DNA of 64,000 nucleotides from the IMG/VR virus record IMGVR_UViG_3300021364_000018, positions 1,260 to 65,259 of that record; one strand, 5' to 3'. Origin of the DNA: a virus (taxonomy: Duplodnaviria > Caudoviricetes). Position 1 is the first letter of the stretch; the number at the start of each line of letters is the position of its first letter. Under the pieces are notes generated by a model, which made no database searches, had not been told where the DNA came from, and was given only the letters and a program-made list of their open reading frames with translations. Both the position numbers and the translations under genes were made by a program. Positions 47,820 through 57,733 of the stretch are shown in pieces.

Positions 47820-48503
47820 TTACCTCGGATGATAGAATCTGACAAAGGTGTATCTCCATTTGTCATCTTTAAATTTGTTATAGTCGTTTATATATGCACC
47901 ATGCATTCTATTTCCTGCAAAGATGGCGCATCTATTGAATTTTGCAGGTATAACTCGTTGAAGTGTAAAGATATCTTCAACAGGATATAATAAGTCTATG
48001 TTCTCATCATTAGTAATCCATTCACCCCCATAGATAGCAGTTCCGCCATCGTCTTCTTTGTCCATGTATACTAACATGTTGAGTGTCGAGTCTTCGTCAC
48101 TAGCATCTAAGCGTGAATCAATATGTGGATAATGTTGATACTTGTTGTCGAATTGTGTAATAGTTTGAAAACAGTTGAACTCAATGATGTGTTTAAAGTC
48201 GTAATGACCTTTCCAGAAGTATTGTCTGCATAAGTCTAAGAGTCTTTGATTCTCTATTTCGTTAATTCGTGTAGGATGACCAATGGTATCAGTAATACGA
48301 CAATCATTATAATCAATGTGATTGCGAGTGCGAGATTCAGGATTGTATTTCCAAAGTGGATAATCTCTGTTAGTGATGTGTTCATATATGTCTTCAGCGT
48401 TTTCAAAAAAGTCATCGATTATTATTACCTCGCCATCGAAAGTGTGATTACTGAAATCACTTCTAAATTTATATAAGTTGTCTACTGCATAAGGTTTACT
48501 CAT
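47820..48503 (-). CDS. 2OG-Fe(II) oxygenase-like protein
   Basis: IIDDFFEN, PHID, LVY...GGTA.Y, KFNR..IF....HGA, R. Confidence 0.8.
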   Translation of the reverse strand: MSKPYAVDNLYKFRSDFSNHTFDGEVIIIDDFFENAEDIYEHITNRDYPLWKYNPESRTRNHIDYNDCRITDTIGHPTRINEIENQRLLDLCRQYFWKGHYDFKHIIEFNCFQTITQFDNKYQHYPHIDSRLDASDEDSTLNMLVYMDKEDDGGTAIYGGEWITNDENIDLLYPVEDIFTLQRVIPAKFNRCAIFAGNRMHGAYINDYNKFKDDKWRYTFVRFYHPR

Positions 48504-48505
48504 AA

Positions 48506-49276
48506 TTAACTCTCTTGTATGAATGAATAGTCCATATTGTCACCTGTCTCGTATGAACCTAAGTCTTCTTTATGATTTAGGTTAAATGAAATCGCAATTC
48601 TCTCATAATCATCTGAGTATTCTTGCGATACTCTAGGAACACCATGCATGATATACGATGGCCATAAGAGAAAATCACCTGTCTTAGGTGTAAAATGTAT
48701 TTCTGATTGAGCACCTTTTGAACCCACCCACATCAATTGGTCTTCATCAGGCGTTGACATAGCAGTATCGGAGGCGCCATGATTAAATGTAGTTGTGATG
48801 TTAGGATTTATGAACTTGATAGGTTGAACCTCGTCTTGAGCAAAGGGATAGTATGTACCACTGATACGACTTTTTACATGATTATGTAATTCGTGTTGAT
48901 GAGGTTTATTGTAGACACTAACCCATGCAAAGAAATGTATGTCATGTCTACTGATGTGTTTGATATCAAAATCAAATTGAGTTGAAATAAAATCAATATA
49001 CGAATCTTTCATTTGATTTGAGAATACTCTGAACCATTCTTCTTGTTCCATCTCTCTTCTCAAATCTTGATGAAAATATGTTGTGTAGTTTGTCTCATCG
49101 TTTTCAGGTTCTATCATCTTCGCTTGAGAGACCTGATATCTACAGTATTCTGCTATCTGATTATGAGGTTGATTGACAACACCTTGAAAAAAAGGTGTCG
49201 GAAATAATGCATGATATCGACCTCTTTGAGGTTGATACATGTTTTTATTTGGTAGATTAGTTTGAATCGGATTCAT
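48506..49276 (-). CDS. Putative 2OG-Fe(II) oxygenase (TIGR02466-like)
   Basis: LFPTP, H.LHNH..SG.YY, P..GD.LLWPSY..H.V, RI.ISFN. Confidence 0.85.
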   Translation of the reverse strand: MNPIQTNLPNKNMYQPQRGRYHALFPTPFFQGVVNQPHNQIAEYCRYQVSQAKMIEPENDETNYTTYFHQDLRREMEQEEWFRVFSNQMKDSYIDFISTQFDFDIKHISRHDIHFFAWVSVYNKPHQHELHNHVKSRISGTYYPFAQDEVQPIKFINPNITTTFNHGASDTAMSTPDEDQLMWVGSKGAQSEIHFTPKTGDFLLWPSYIMHGVPRVSQEYSDDYERIAISFNLNHKEDLGSYETGDNMDYSFIQES

Positions 49277-49808
49277 TTTTCTTCACTGCTACGCCAACAC
49301 CCTTACTTCCGTCTGGCATAGTCACATTACGATAATATATTACAACTTCTCCTAATTGTTTGATGTATCTTTTTAACTCTTGCATATCTTCTGCCATTAC
49401 TTTGTAATCACCGATAGACGATGCAACGAACAATATCTCGCCATTGTTCTGTTCTTTCATTTCATCTAAGAATCTATCTAAGTATGTATACCCAACAGGC
49501 CAATCTGGATTTTCTCTCTCTGATAAATCACATGCTTTTGGTCGTTTGAGTTCTTCTGCACCATTCTCATCATATCTCTTAGGTTCGAATGATATTGATT
49601 TCTTACAAGGGTTTACAATCTTTGCTTCTGATACAACATACCATGTTGGTGCTGTCAATTGAACCGGTCTCGGCAAATCAGGTTGCATGATGTCAATCTT
49701 TATTGGTTTTGATACTATTTCTACCTTTTTTGTTGGTAGAAGTGAACATCCACTAATTGTTATCAGTAGACTCAGGAACAGTAAGTTTATATAATTCTTC
49801 TGTATCAT
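49257..49808 (-). CDS. Outer-membrane spanin (Rz1-like lipoprotein)
   Basis: Lipobox LLITISG-C, Pro-rich segment, C-terminal M.ELKRYI.Q...I.YY; overlaps the i-spanin. Confidence 0.75.
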   Translation of the reverse strand: MIQKNYINLLFLSLLITISGCSLLPTKKVEIVSKPIKIDIMQPDLPRPVQLTAPTWYVVSEAKIVNPCKKSISFEPKRYDENGAEELKRPKACDLSERENPDWPVGYTYLDRFLDEMKEQNNGEILFVASSIGDYKVMAEDMQELKRYIKQLGEVVIYYRNVTMPDGSKGVGVAVKKNESDSN

Positions 49809-50142
49809 CTTCTAGACCCTCCATAACTGCTTCACTTGCATTGTTAAATCTTAATTCAATCATTCCAGGTTTCTTTAGAGCAAGTAAATCTAAATTATGT
49901 CTACTGAATATCGCAAGATATTCTGCTTTCTCCTGTTCAATCTCTGCATTCTTTCTACTCATGTTCATGAGTGCCTTACCTTGTTTCTCGTAAGACTCTT
50001 TAAGAGCGTTCATCGCTTCTTTTTGTTCTTCTACTGCATACTCTAACTTTGCATTATTATCTTTCAGTGTTAGATTTTCCTGATAGAGATAATAACCCCC
50101 TAGTCCGAGCACAAGTATAATACCTATAAACATTTGATTCAT
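49753..50142 (-). CDS. Inner-membrane spanin (Rz-like)
   Basis: N-terminal TM helix, coiled coil, LA.KKPG.IE.R.N. Confidence 0.75.
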   Translation of the reverse strand: MNQMFIGIILVLGLGGYYLYQENLTLKDNNAKLEYAVEEQKEAMNALKESYEKQGKALMNMSRKNAEIEQEKAEYLAIFSRHNLDLLALKKPGMIELRFNNASEAVMEGLEDDTEELYKLTVPESTDNN

Positions 50143-50438
50143 AGTTCATCTCCATACTCATAGTCTTCTATGATATAATTCAACCCAGCGGAACTTCTAT
50201 ACTCGACAACTTTGTCGTCTTCATCTTTGAACTTTAGATGTTTCTCTTTCTGAGTAATTATTTTCTTTGCAATATAGGTTCTATCGTCTGCATCGCCCCA
50301 TTCTTTGTTGAATGATACAGTAACTTTATATCGAGTGATGAATAAATCTTTTACCCATATCGCAAATTTCTTCAGCATTCCTACCCACCATATAAAGATA
50401 GATGCAAGAATACTCCTGACTTTATTTAAAAACTTCAT
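50139..50438 (-). CDS. Hypothetical protein
   Basis: ORF upstream of the spanins behind a late-type box. Confidence 0.65.
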   Translation of the reverse strand: MKFLNKVRSILASIFIWWVGMLKKFAIWVKDLFITRYKVTVSFNKEWGDADDRTYIAKKIITQKEKHLKFKDEDDKVVEYRSSAGLNYIIEDYEYGDEL

Positions 50439-50446
50439 AAAACTAT

Positions 50447-50956
50447 TTAGTCGTTATTTCTAAGAGACTTTAGAATCTCAATAGTGTTCTTAGCACTAGT
50501 ATGAACGATACCTATACCCCCTGCTTCATTCCATGCATCGATGTTCTTTTGTCTATCATCGATAAGAACAGAACCTTCGAAAGCATACGCCGCTTTCTGA
50601 GTACCTGTGAATGTGCAAGTGACAGGAATAGTTGGGTCGACATATCTTTTCACCCATTCATTCTTATCATATACTACTAACTCTCTGTTGACTTCACCAG
50701 CGGCAGTCAATATCTCCCATGGTGTCTCACAATGTCTGACATATGCAAGTAAATCATACATATCGACCATTGGAGGTAGATTCGCAAAGAGTCTCTTGTT
50801 TGTTAGTTCTTCTTTTCTTAGGTCATATGTTGTATGACCCTCAGAATCATTAGTAAGTGGTTCACCCAAATACTGTGGCATCTCAACACCTCTTAGAAAG
50901 TCGGCAAGAACACCGTCCATATCTAAGAATATTCTTTTTACTTTTCCTTTCATCAT
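50447..50956 (-). CDS. HAD 5'(3')-deoxyribonucleotidase-like protein
   Basis: FLDMDGVLADF, ILTA, K..W, LIDDR.KN...W..AGG.GI; start MMKGK at 50956 behind TTGACA-18-TATAAT. Confidence 0.85.
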   Translation of the reverse strand: MMKGKVKRIFLDMDGVLADFLRGVEMPQYLGEPLTNDSEGHTTYDLRKEELTNKRLFANLPPMVDMYDLLAYVRHCETPWEILTAAGEVNRELVVYDKNEWVKRYVDPTIPVTCTFTGTQKAAYAFEGSVLIDDRQKNIDAWNEAGGIGIVHTSAKNTIEILKSLRNND

Positions 50957-50963
50957 GTGGTTA

Positions 50964-51287
50964 TTATATGAAAAAATTGGGGTCATTGTCAAGTGTTTTC
51001 TCTAGTAGATATGCTTCATGTTCGCATATATTTTCACCGTTTAACACTTGTTTGGCGTGAACCATTTCGTGTGCAAGTGTGACATATCTATCATCGTTCA
51101 TTCTGACATAAATGTTGAGATATGTTTTGTCTTCTAATACTCTAGGGTGTTCTATTAAACCCTGTTGTTTGAATGAAGGAGGGAGACGCTTAATATCTAA
51201 TACACAATTGTGATGGTCGATTTTAAGTTTCTTTGAGTATTCGACTGCTTTGTTTAAAAGGTCTTTATACTTACAATATATCTCCAT
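50964..51287 (-). CDS. Putative zinc metallopeptidase-like protein
   Basis: TLAHEMVHAKQ...E.EAY (HExxH). Confidence 0.7.
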   Translation of the reverse strand: MEIYCKYKDLLNKAVEYSKKLKIDHHNCVLDIKRLPPSFKQQGLIEHPRVLEDKTYLNIYVRMNDDRYVTLAHEMVHAKQVLNGENICEHEAYLLEKTLDNDPNFFI

Positions 51288-51300
51288 TCTCTCTCATAAT

Positions 51301-51459
51301 CTAATCTTTATCCAAATCATCGTAATAGTATTCGTCTATCTTCTCACCTGTAAAAATACATTTCAAAGGTTTGTGTTCTTCGATATCGAAATCTTCTGAT
51401 TTTGCTTTAACTTCAATTTCAACATCATGTTCTTCACAATAGTAAACTAGTCTAATCAT
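51301..51459 (-). CDS. 52-aa acidic protein
   Basis: Manual translation MIRLVYYCEEHDVEIEV...KCIFTGEKIDEY. Confidence 0.5.
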   Translation of the reverse strand: MIRLVYYCEEHDVEIEVKAKSEDFDIEEHKPLKCIFTGEKIDEYYYDDLDKD

Positions 51460-51721
51460 ATTTGGGTATATACTCCTCTTCGTGTTTGATTAATTTCCAT
51501 AATGATTCGAAGGACTTTTTCTTACCTTCTCTTTCACCTTCATCAACAAGAACACCATATGGTAGTGGGTGTTTTGCATCTTTTTGTTTAAAGTCTAAAC
51601 CTTGCGTATATATTCTAACTTCGTTGAGTTGATTATCAATAGACTTAAACAAGTGCTTATATCTCTCACATATGACATCTTGGTCTTTCTCTGCTGGAAG
51701 ATATAAGTAAAACTTTCTCAT
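51452..51721 (-). CDS. Hypothetical protein
   Basis: Coupled to the glutaredoxin gene by TAATG. Confidence 0.6.
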   Translation of the reverse strand: MRKFYLYLPAEKDQDVICERYKHLFKSIDNQLNEVRIYTQGLDFKQKDAKHPLPYGVLVDEGEREGKKKSFESLWKLIKHEEEYIPKYD

Positions 51722-51945
51722 TACTTATTAGTGTGCCATTCGAGTAGGTTATCATACCCACCGATTGCAGTGCCATCGATTCTGATTTGTGGAAAAGTTC
51801 TTGCAGTTGGGAACTGTTCAAAGAGTTCTTCTCTTGTAAAGTCCTCATCTAACATCTTATATTCAAATTCATACCCTTGTTGTTCACAAAGCGCTTTCGC
51901 TTTTACACAATAAGGACATGACGGTTTACTAAAAATCTCAATCAT
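51721..51945 (-). CDS. Glutaredoxin (NrdC/NrdH-like)
   Basis: CPYC, TFPQI..G..IGGY. Confidence 0.95.
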   Translation of the reverse strand: MIEIFSKPSCPYCVKAKALCEQQGYEFEYKMLDEDFTREELFEQFPTARTFPQIRIDGTAIGGYDNLLEWHTNK

Positions 51946-52109
51946 AATATATGTTTCTCCCTGTCTTTCTTTGCAGTATATATTGTTCCTGTCTTACGAC
52001 CATAATAAGGTTCTCTTTCGAGACCCTTGGTTCCTTCTGTATTGAATAGTAATAGTATCAAACAAAAGATACTAACTATTAATGCAAATGTTAAAAGTAT
52101 CGCCTCCAT
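51942..52109 (-). CDS. Small membrane protein
   Basis: Probable start MEAILL; single TM helix. Confidence 0.5.
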   Translation of the reverse strand: MEAILLTFALIVSIFCLILLLFNTEGTKGLEREPYYGRKTGTIYTAKKDREKHIL

Positions 52110-52303
52110 TATGAGTTGATACCCTCTACCCAATTCTCAGCAGTGTTCTCTGCATAAACCTCTGAGTGATTGTGAACCTTTTTTGTTGCTTCGAATTCTG
52201 TTCCTTTAAATACATCAACTTCGAAACCCAAAGGTGTGCTATAGACTTTCGCCATTCTATCACCTTTCTGATATTGATGTAATATTTCTCTTTCTTTTGT
52301 CAT
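52109..52303 (-). CDS. Conserved small hypothetical protein
   Basis: HSE.YAE..AENWV.G motif, often found after nrdB in T4-like phages. Confidence 0.65.
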   Translation of the reverse strand: MTKEREILHQYQKGDRMAKVYSTPLGFEVDVFKGTEFEATKKVHNHSEVYAENTAENWVEGINS

Positions 52304-53397
52304 AATTTAAAGTCCGCAAATGTGTCATCACTGACATCTTGTTTTATACCCCCAATGACATAAGATTCAATCTCTGTTTCTTGGGGTGCATTCTGTAATC
52401 CTCTACTATTGAACCAATGTTTAGTCCATGGCAGTGGGTTATTGGCACTTGAAATATCATAGATAGGATTCAACCCTATAGCTCTCAAGCGCTTGTTTGC
52501 AATGTATTCTACATATTGACCGAGTAAAGGTACTGATAGTCCAATCATTGAACCTTCTTTGAATAGAAACTCTGCCCATTCTTTCTCCTGTGCAACTGCA
52601 TCTTCATACATTGCATAAACTTCTTTCTCACAATCTTTCATGACCTTGTTCATCATCTTGTCATTCTCTTGATTTTTATATGCTTTGAGAATATGTTGTG
52701 ATACTGCAAGGTGTTGTGCTTCATCTCTAGCGATGAATGATATAATCTTTGCTGAACCTTCCATGAGTTTTAACTCACCGAATCCGAAACTACATGCGAA
52801 TGACACAAAGAATCGTATACCTTCTAAGATGTTGACTGATATCAATGCGAGATATAATGCTTTATATAATTCGTATTCGTCTACTTTGAGACCTAATAGT
52901 TTTCTACGACCCAACTCAATGAACTTGTCATACTTCTCTGTTACCATCTCTGCTCTCTTAATGATTGCAGGTTCATCTATAATTGTGTCAAATATATCAC
53001 TAGGGTCTGCATAAACATTCTTTATAATATGTGTATAACTTCTACTATGAATTGTCTCCATGAAGTCCCATGTAATAATACAAGACTCTAGTTCAGGTAG
53101 GGTGACAAATGGTAAGAATGCTATGGATGGCGCCCTACCTTGAACTGAGTCAAGTAAAGTTTGATATCTTAGATTTGATGTAAAGATATGTTTTTGTGCA
53201 TCATTCAGTTGTAGATAGTCTGACCTATCTTTCTGTAATGATACTTCTTCTGGTCTCCAAAAGAAACCTAATTGTGTTTGTGTAAGTTTGTCAAAGATAG
53301 GATATTTGAACTCATCAAATCTTTGAGTATTTAACTCTTCGCCAAAGAATATCTTGTTCTTTGTGAAGTCTACATTTTTCTTATTGAATACTGTCAT
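52300..53397 (-). CDS. nrdB: Class Ia ribonucleotide reductase beta subunit
   Basis: FFWRPEEV, QTLLDSVQGR, ETIHSRSYTHI, LEGIRF.VSFACSF, RDEAQH, APQETEI. Confidence 0.98.
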   Translation of the reverse strand: MTVFNKKNVDFTKNKIFFGEELNTQRFDEFKYPIFDKLTQTQLGFFWRPEEVSLQKDRSDYLQLNDAQKHIFTSNLRYQTLLDSVQGRAPSIAFLPFVTLPELESCIITWDFMETIHSRSYTHIIKNVYADPSDIFDTIIDEPAIIKRAEMVTEKYDKFIELGRRKLLGLKVDEYELYKALYLALISVNILEGIRFFVSFACSFGFGELKLMEGSAKIISFIARDEAQHLAVSQHILKAYKNQENDKMMNKVMKDCEKEVYAMYEDAVAQEKEWAEFLFKEGSMIGLSVPLLGQYVEYIANKRLRAIGLNPIYDISSANNPLPWTKHWFNSRGLQNAPQETEIESYVIGGIKQDVSDDTFADFKL

Positions 53398-53403
53398 GGT
53401 TGT

Positions 53404-54375
53404 CTATTTAGTCGCCTCTCGTTCCATTTTCTTTTCGTCTAATTCAATATCATCATAATTATTTACAAACTCTTTTAAATTACCCATTGCTTGAATATTT
53501 TTGTAGTGACCATTGAAATTTCTAAATGCATCTAATTGTCTACATTGAATTTCGTTTGTGTTCATATATTTGTGTTTTCTAGCATCTAACTCTAATGCTT
53601 GTATGGGAGGGGCAGTTGCAACATTTCTACTTTTTGCATAATTAAAACCTTCTATATGTTGCATCTTACTAAATCTATTGAACCAATGAATGAACATATG
53701 ATAACTGTAATCGCCTAACAGATAGTCTCTCCAATGTGGAATATTAGGACCTTGATAGAGAAGTAAATCACCTGGTTCTAGAGATATCGACTTACAATTA
53801 TTCTTTAGTCTTTCTCTCTGACTCAGGTCTTGCGACTCACCCTTGACTGTTTCTGGTGACTCGTCAACATAATTCTTATCGTTTCTCACCCATATCTTCC
53901 AAGGTGTATTATCATCTGTTTGATAATCTAAACATAATGTTCCACTGACTTCACATGATGGTCTATCTAAATGTGACCCTAAGTATGCACCTCTAACATA
54001 TTTTCTTGTATATGAATATGTTTCTACTAATTCCATGTCAAAGAAACTTTCTAACTTCTTCGTCAAGTAAGAGTGCATTGCGACACCCTGTGGTGTGCAA
54101 TAACCCCCATGCGATTTACCTATTGATGACTGAGGATTATCGAATGTTATGTCTTTTGTTTCATGAAGCATGAAACCCTTTTCAGGTGCATTCTCATCTA
54201 CTCGCCACATATCCATCGCCATCTCTATAATGTCTTTGGGTATGAAGTTCTTTAAGACAACATATCTGTCTTTCATAAACTTCCATGTTTCAGGTGTAGT
54301 TGTGCCTCTAGAGTTTTTTACATCTGGATTCGTATTTCTTATATGAACAGTTTTATTCTCAAATGGCACAGGCAT
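53404..54375 (-). CDS. 2OG-Fe(II) oxygenase-like protein between nrdA and nrdB
   Basis: TYSY.R.Y..G..L..H.DRPSCE.S.TL, GD..LY.G...HWR; probable start MPVPF. Confidence 0.8.
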   Translation of the reverse strand: MPVPFENKTVHIRNTNPDVKNSRGTTTPETWKFMKDRYVVLKNFIPKDIIEMAMDMWRVDENAPEKGFMLHETKDITFDNPQSSIGKSHGGYCTPQGVAMHSYLTKKLESFFDMELVETYSYTRKYVRGAYLGSHLDRPSCEVSGTLCLDYQTDDNTPWKIWVRNDKNYVDESPETVKGESQDLSQRERLKNNCKSISLEPGDLLLYQGPNIPHWRDYLLGDYSYHMFIHWFNRFSKMQHIEGFNYAKSRNVATAPPIQALELDARKHKYMNTNEIQCRQLDAFRNFNGHYKNIQAMGNLKEFVNNYDDIELDEKKMEREATK

Positions 54376-56668
54376 CGCAATCTTCCTCACTATCATCATA
54401 TTGAGACATCACATTAGCGGCGTCTTCAACAGCGCTTGGTTTATCTTCAACAACATCTTCTACTTTACCATCCATTGTGTTCTGATAATAAGATGTTTTC
54501 CAACCATACTTATATGTATTCAATAAATCTTTTGCCATAACTGATACAGGAACTTCATTGTTCTCATAGTTCTCTGGATTATAAGACCAGTTTCCTGATA
54601 TCGCTTGGTCAAAGAATTTCTGCATAACTGCAACTACATTGATATACCCTGTATTGTCTTTCATATCCCATAAAAGAGTGTATGCATTCTTTAAGTGAGA
54701 GTATTGTGGCACAATCTGTTTCAGTGTACCTTTCTTACTCTTCTTAACTGACAAGTAATCTCTAGGTGGTTCGATACCGTTTGTTGCATTGGACACAACA
54801 CTTGACGATTCACTTGGCATTTGTGCTGTGAGTGTCGAGTGTCTCAACCCATGAACTTGAATATCTTTTCTTAGTTTCTCCCAATCACAATAGTATTTTG
54901 GTTCTACTAATTCATCTACTTCTTTCTTGTAATGGTCAATCGGCAATTTACCTTCTGCATATTTTGTTCTATCAAAGTATGTGCATTCACCTTTCTGTTC
55001 TGCAATCTTATTAGATGACTTTAACAGATAGTATTGAAATCTCTCTGTTAGTTCATGAACTAATTTCCATGCAATTGGGTCGTCATACTTGACTTTGTTC
55101 TTTGCGAGAAAATGTGCAAGACCGATATACCCAATACCAAGACTTCTTCTTGCGAGTGTTGACCTCTCAGCAGCAGGAACAGGATACTCCTGATAATCTA
55201 TCAGTTCTTCTAACCCTCTGACTGCAAGGTCGCATACTTCTTCTAGTTCAGAATCTTTTACTATACCCACATTGATAGCAGACAAGATACATAATGCAAT
55301 CTCACCTTCACCATCAATGTGTTGAATAGGGTCTGTTGGGAGTGTAATTTCTTGACAAAGATTACTCATGTTAACTTTGTCTAAGAAACTACTATGCGAA
55401 TTACAATGGTCAATATTCATAATATAAATTCTGCCAGTCTCCGCTCTTTCTTTTAGTAATTCTGTAATTAACTCCCTAGCACCTATTTTAGTTTTTGGAA
55501 TTGAAGTCGCTCTTTCGTATTTCTCGTAGAGTTCATCAAACTCACTTGTTCCAAACTTGTCGTATAAATCAGGCACATCATTAGGACTGAACAATGTAAT
55601 GTCTTCATTCTGTAAAAACCTCTTATAAAATAATTCACTTAATTGTATAGAGTAATCTAGTTTTCTTACTCTGTTGTCTTCTGTCCCCTTGTTGTTTTTG
55701 AGGACGATGATGTCTTCAATTTCTTGATGCCAGATTGGAAAGTGAACAGTAGCTGACCCACCTCTGACGCCGTTTTGAGTGCAACATCGTACCGTTGATT
55801 CAAATTTTTTAAGGAAAGGGATAACTCCAGTATGCTGAACTTCACCTCCTCTAATTTTTGACCCAATACCTCTAACTCTTCCTGCATTGATTCCAATGCC
55901 TGCTCGTTGTGCAACATATCTTCCTATCGCCATGTCTGATGAAAAGATTGAATCAAGCGTATCGTCTGTGTCGACTAATACACATGATGCAAACTGTTTT
56001 AAAGGTGTTCTTACACCCGCCATAATAGGAGTGGGTATGTTTATCTTAAACTGACTAATAGCATCATAATACTTCTTGATGAATTCTAGTCTATCACTCC
56101 CATAATCTCTAAACAATGTCATAGCAATTAACATATACATGAATTGTGGTGTTTCAAAGATTGCACCATTACTTCTATCTTGCACAAGGTATTTGTCTAC
56201 AACCTGTTGGAGACCTGCATATGTGAAATCTAAATCTCTACTATGTCTTAGATATGAATCTAACTTAGCGTATTCTTCTTCACTATACAGTTTTAGTAGT
56301 TCGCCTGTGTATAATCCTTTTTCTACATTACGCTCTACTAAATCTTTTAAATTCGGATAAATCTCTGAGTCTTTCCATTTTGTGTTAAAGACCTGTTTCT
56401 GAACTGCAAATAACAATAATCTAGCAGCAACAAATTGATAGTTCGGTGATTCTAATGATATCAGGTCACTGGCACTTTTGACAAGTATCTTTTGTATCTC
56501 TTGGGTTGTAATGCCATCATAAAATTGTAGACCACTATTCATCTCTACGAGTGACTCTGATACACCTGTAATACCTCTACAGGACTTTTCTACCATTCTA
56601 TGAATCTTATCTAAATCAATACTGACTTTCGAACCATCTGACTTTATAACTTTTATATCTGAATTCAT
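54359..56668 (-). CDS. nrdA: Class Ia ribonucleotide reductase alpha subunit
   Basis: ATP cone, PTPIMAGVRT, SCVL, SNLCQEI, MPSESSS, C-terminal CDAC. Confidence 0.98.
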   Translation of the reverse strand: MNSDIKVIKSDGSKVSIDLDKIHRMVEKSCRGITGVSESLVEMNSGLQFYDGITTQEIQKILVKSASDLISLESPNYQFVAARLLLFAVQKQVFNTKWKDSEIYPNLKDLVERNVEKGLYTGELLKLYSEEEYAKLDSYLRHSRDLDFTYAGLQQVVDKYLVQDRSNGAIFETPQFMYMLIAMTLFRDYGSDRLEFIKKYYDAISQFKINIPTPIMAGVRTPLKQFASCVLVDTDDTLDSIFSSDMAIGRYVAQRAGIGINAGRVRGIGSKIRGGEVQHTGVIPFLKKFESTVRCCTQNGVRGGSATVHFPIWHQEIEDIIVLKNNKGTEDNRVRKLDYSIQLSELFYKRFLQNEDITLFSPNDVPDLYDKFGTSEFDELYEKYERATSIPKTKIGARELITELLKERAETGRIYIMNIDHCNSHSSFLDKVNMSNLCQEITLPTDPIQHIDGEGEIALCILSAINVGIVKDSELEEVCDLAVRGLEELIDYQEYPVPAAERSTLARRSLGIGYIGLAHFLAKNKVKYDDPIAWKLVHELTERFQYYLLKSSNKIAEQKGECTYFDRTKYAEGKLPIDHYKKEVDELVEPKYYCDWEKLRKDIQVHGLRHSTLTAQMPSESSSVVSNATNGIEPPRDYLSVKKSKKGTLKQIVPQYSHLKNAYTLLWDMKDNTGYINVVAVMQKFFDQAISGNWSYNPENYENNEVPVSVMAKDLLNTYKYGWKTSYYQNTMDGKVEDVVEDKPSAVEDAANVMSQYDDSEEDCDACAI

Positions 56669-57690
56669 ACCTTTTTAAACTCCATCAATTGTAATCGTGC
56701 TGAGAGACCTTGAACTGTATTACGATTGATGATATCAATTACTTCAATCTCACTAAGACCTGACATAATCATGTCATTGATGTCTTTGCATTCTGTTATT
56801 CTCTTATCATTCCATATACAGACACGATAACCAAGGTCAATGACCTCTTCAATCTTCTTTATGATTTCTTGGTTTCTTGGTTCGTTGTCAAATATGAGTA
56901 TCGCATTTTCTTTTATATCTTCGCTGATTTTCTTAAAGTCACTACCTGCAACAGCAATACTATTTGGTAGGAATAGACTGTCTATGGGTCCCTCTGTCAC
57001 ATAGATTGTCTTAGTTCGGTCCACATTATTATAGTTGAAGATGAGCGGAACATCATCTCGAAACCTAAGGGTTAAATATCGTAAAGGTGAGTCGTTGATT
57101 GCTCGACCTGTTAACCCTGTTAGTTTCCCATTCTCATCATAGAATGGCAATATGATTCTTGGGTCATTACCTAAGACCCTGTCTTTATACTTATCTGACA
57201 ATAAATGTAGAACTTGTGCTTGTTCTACAAACCAGATGTCTTTCCATTGAAACTCTGGTATCATTCTCTTTCTGAGATATTGTCTTGACACCTCTTTCTC
57301 GCCAGCAGTGAATGCTATCGCTTTGAGTGAATCATCTTTTTTATTTAGAAAATCTGTCCGTGGACTGAACTTAAATTTAGACGAATCTGGCATTTTTCTT
57401 GACTTAGGTTTGACTCCTTTCTCTCTAAGATATTCTTTGAGATACTCTTTATGTATAGAAGGGAAATTATCTTTGATAAAGTTAACACTAGAAGTCGACT
57501 TACTACAGTTATGACACTTGTAGATGAGTGATTGTTCTTTTACAAAGTGATAACCCCTAGATTTGTAGACATTCTTTTGTGAATCACCACAATATGGACA
57601 TCTATGATTAAAGGTATTTTCGTTTACCCATTTAGCTCGGTCAAGATAGACCGACACCATATTAAGATATTTCTTCTCTAACCATAGCAT
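56665..57690 (-). CDS. gp61: DNA primase gp61
   Basis: RCPYCGDS...K.RG, KCHNC, EGPIDS.F, DNEPRN, KDINDM. Confidence 0.95.
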   Translation of the reverse strand: MLWLEKKYLNMVSVYLDRAKWVNENTFNHRCPYCGDSQKNVYKSRGYHFVKEQSLIYKCHNCSKSTSSVNFIKDNFPSIHKEYLKEYLREKGVKPKSRKMPDSSKFKFSPRTDFLNKKDDSLKAIAFTAGEKEVSRQYLRKRMIPEFQWKDIWFVEQAQVLHLLSDKYKDRVLGNDPRIILPFYDENGKLTGLTGRAINDSPLRYLTLRFRDDVPLIFNYNNVDRTKTIYVTEGPIDSLFLPNSIAVAGSDFKKISEDIKENAILIFDNEPRNQEIIKKIEEVIDLGYRVCIWNDKRITECKDINDMIMSGLSEIEVIDIINRNTVQGLSARLQLMEFKKV

Positions 57691-57733
57691 GTATACTATT
57701 ATACATGGGTCTGATATAGATTACAAGGTGGTT

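Noticed and set aside
52300-57690. Introns or inteins in nrdA, nrdB or primase
   Set aside because: All are uninterrupted and of normal length
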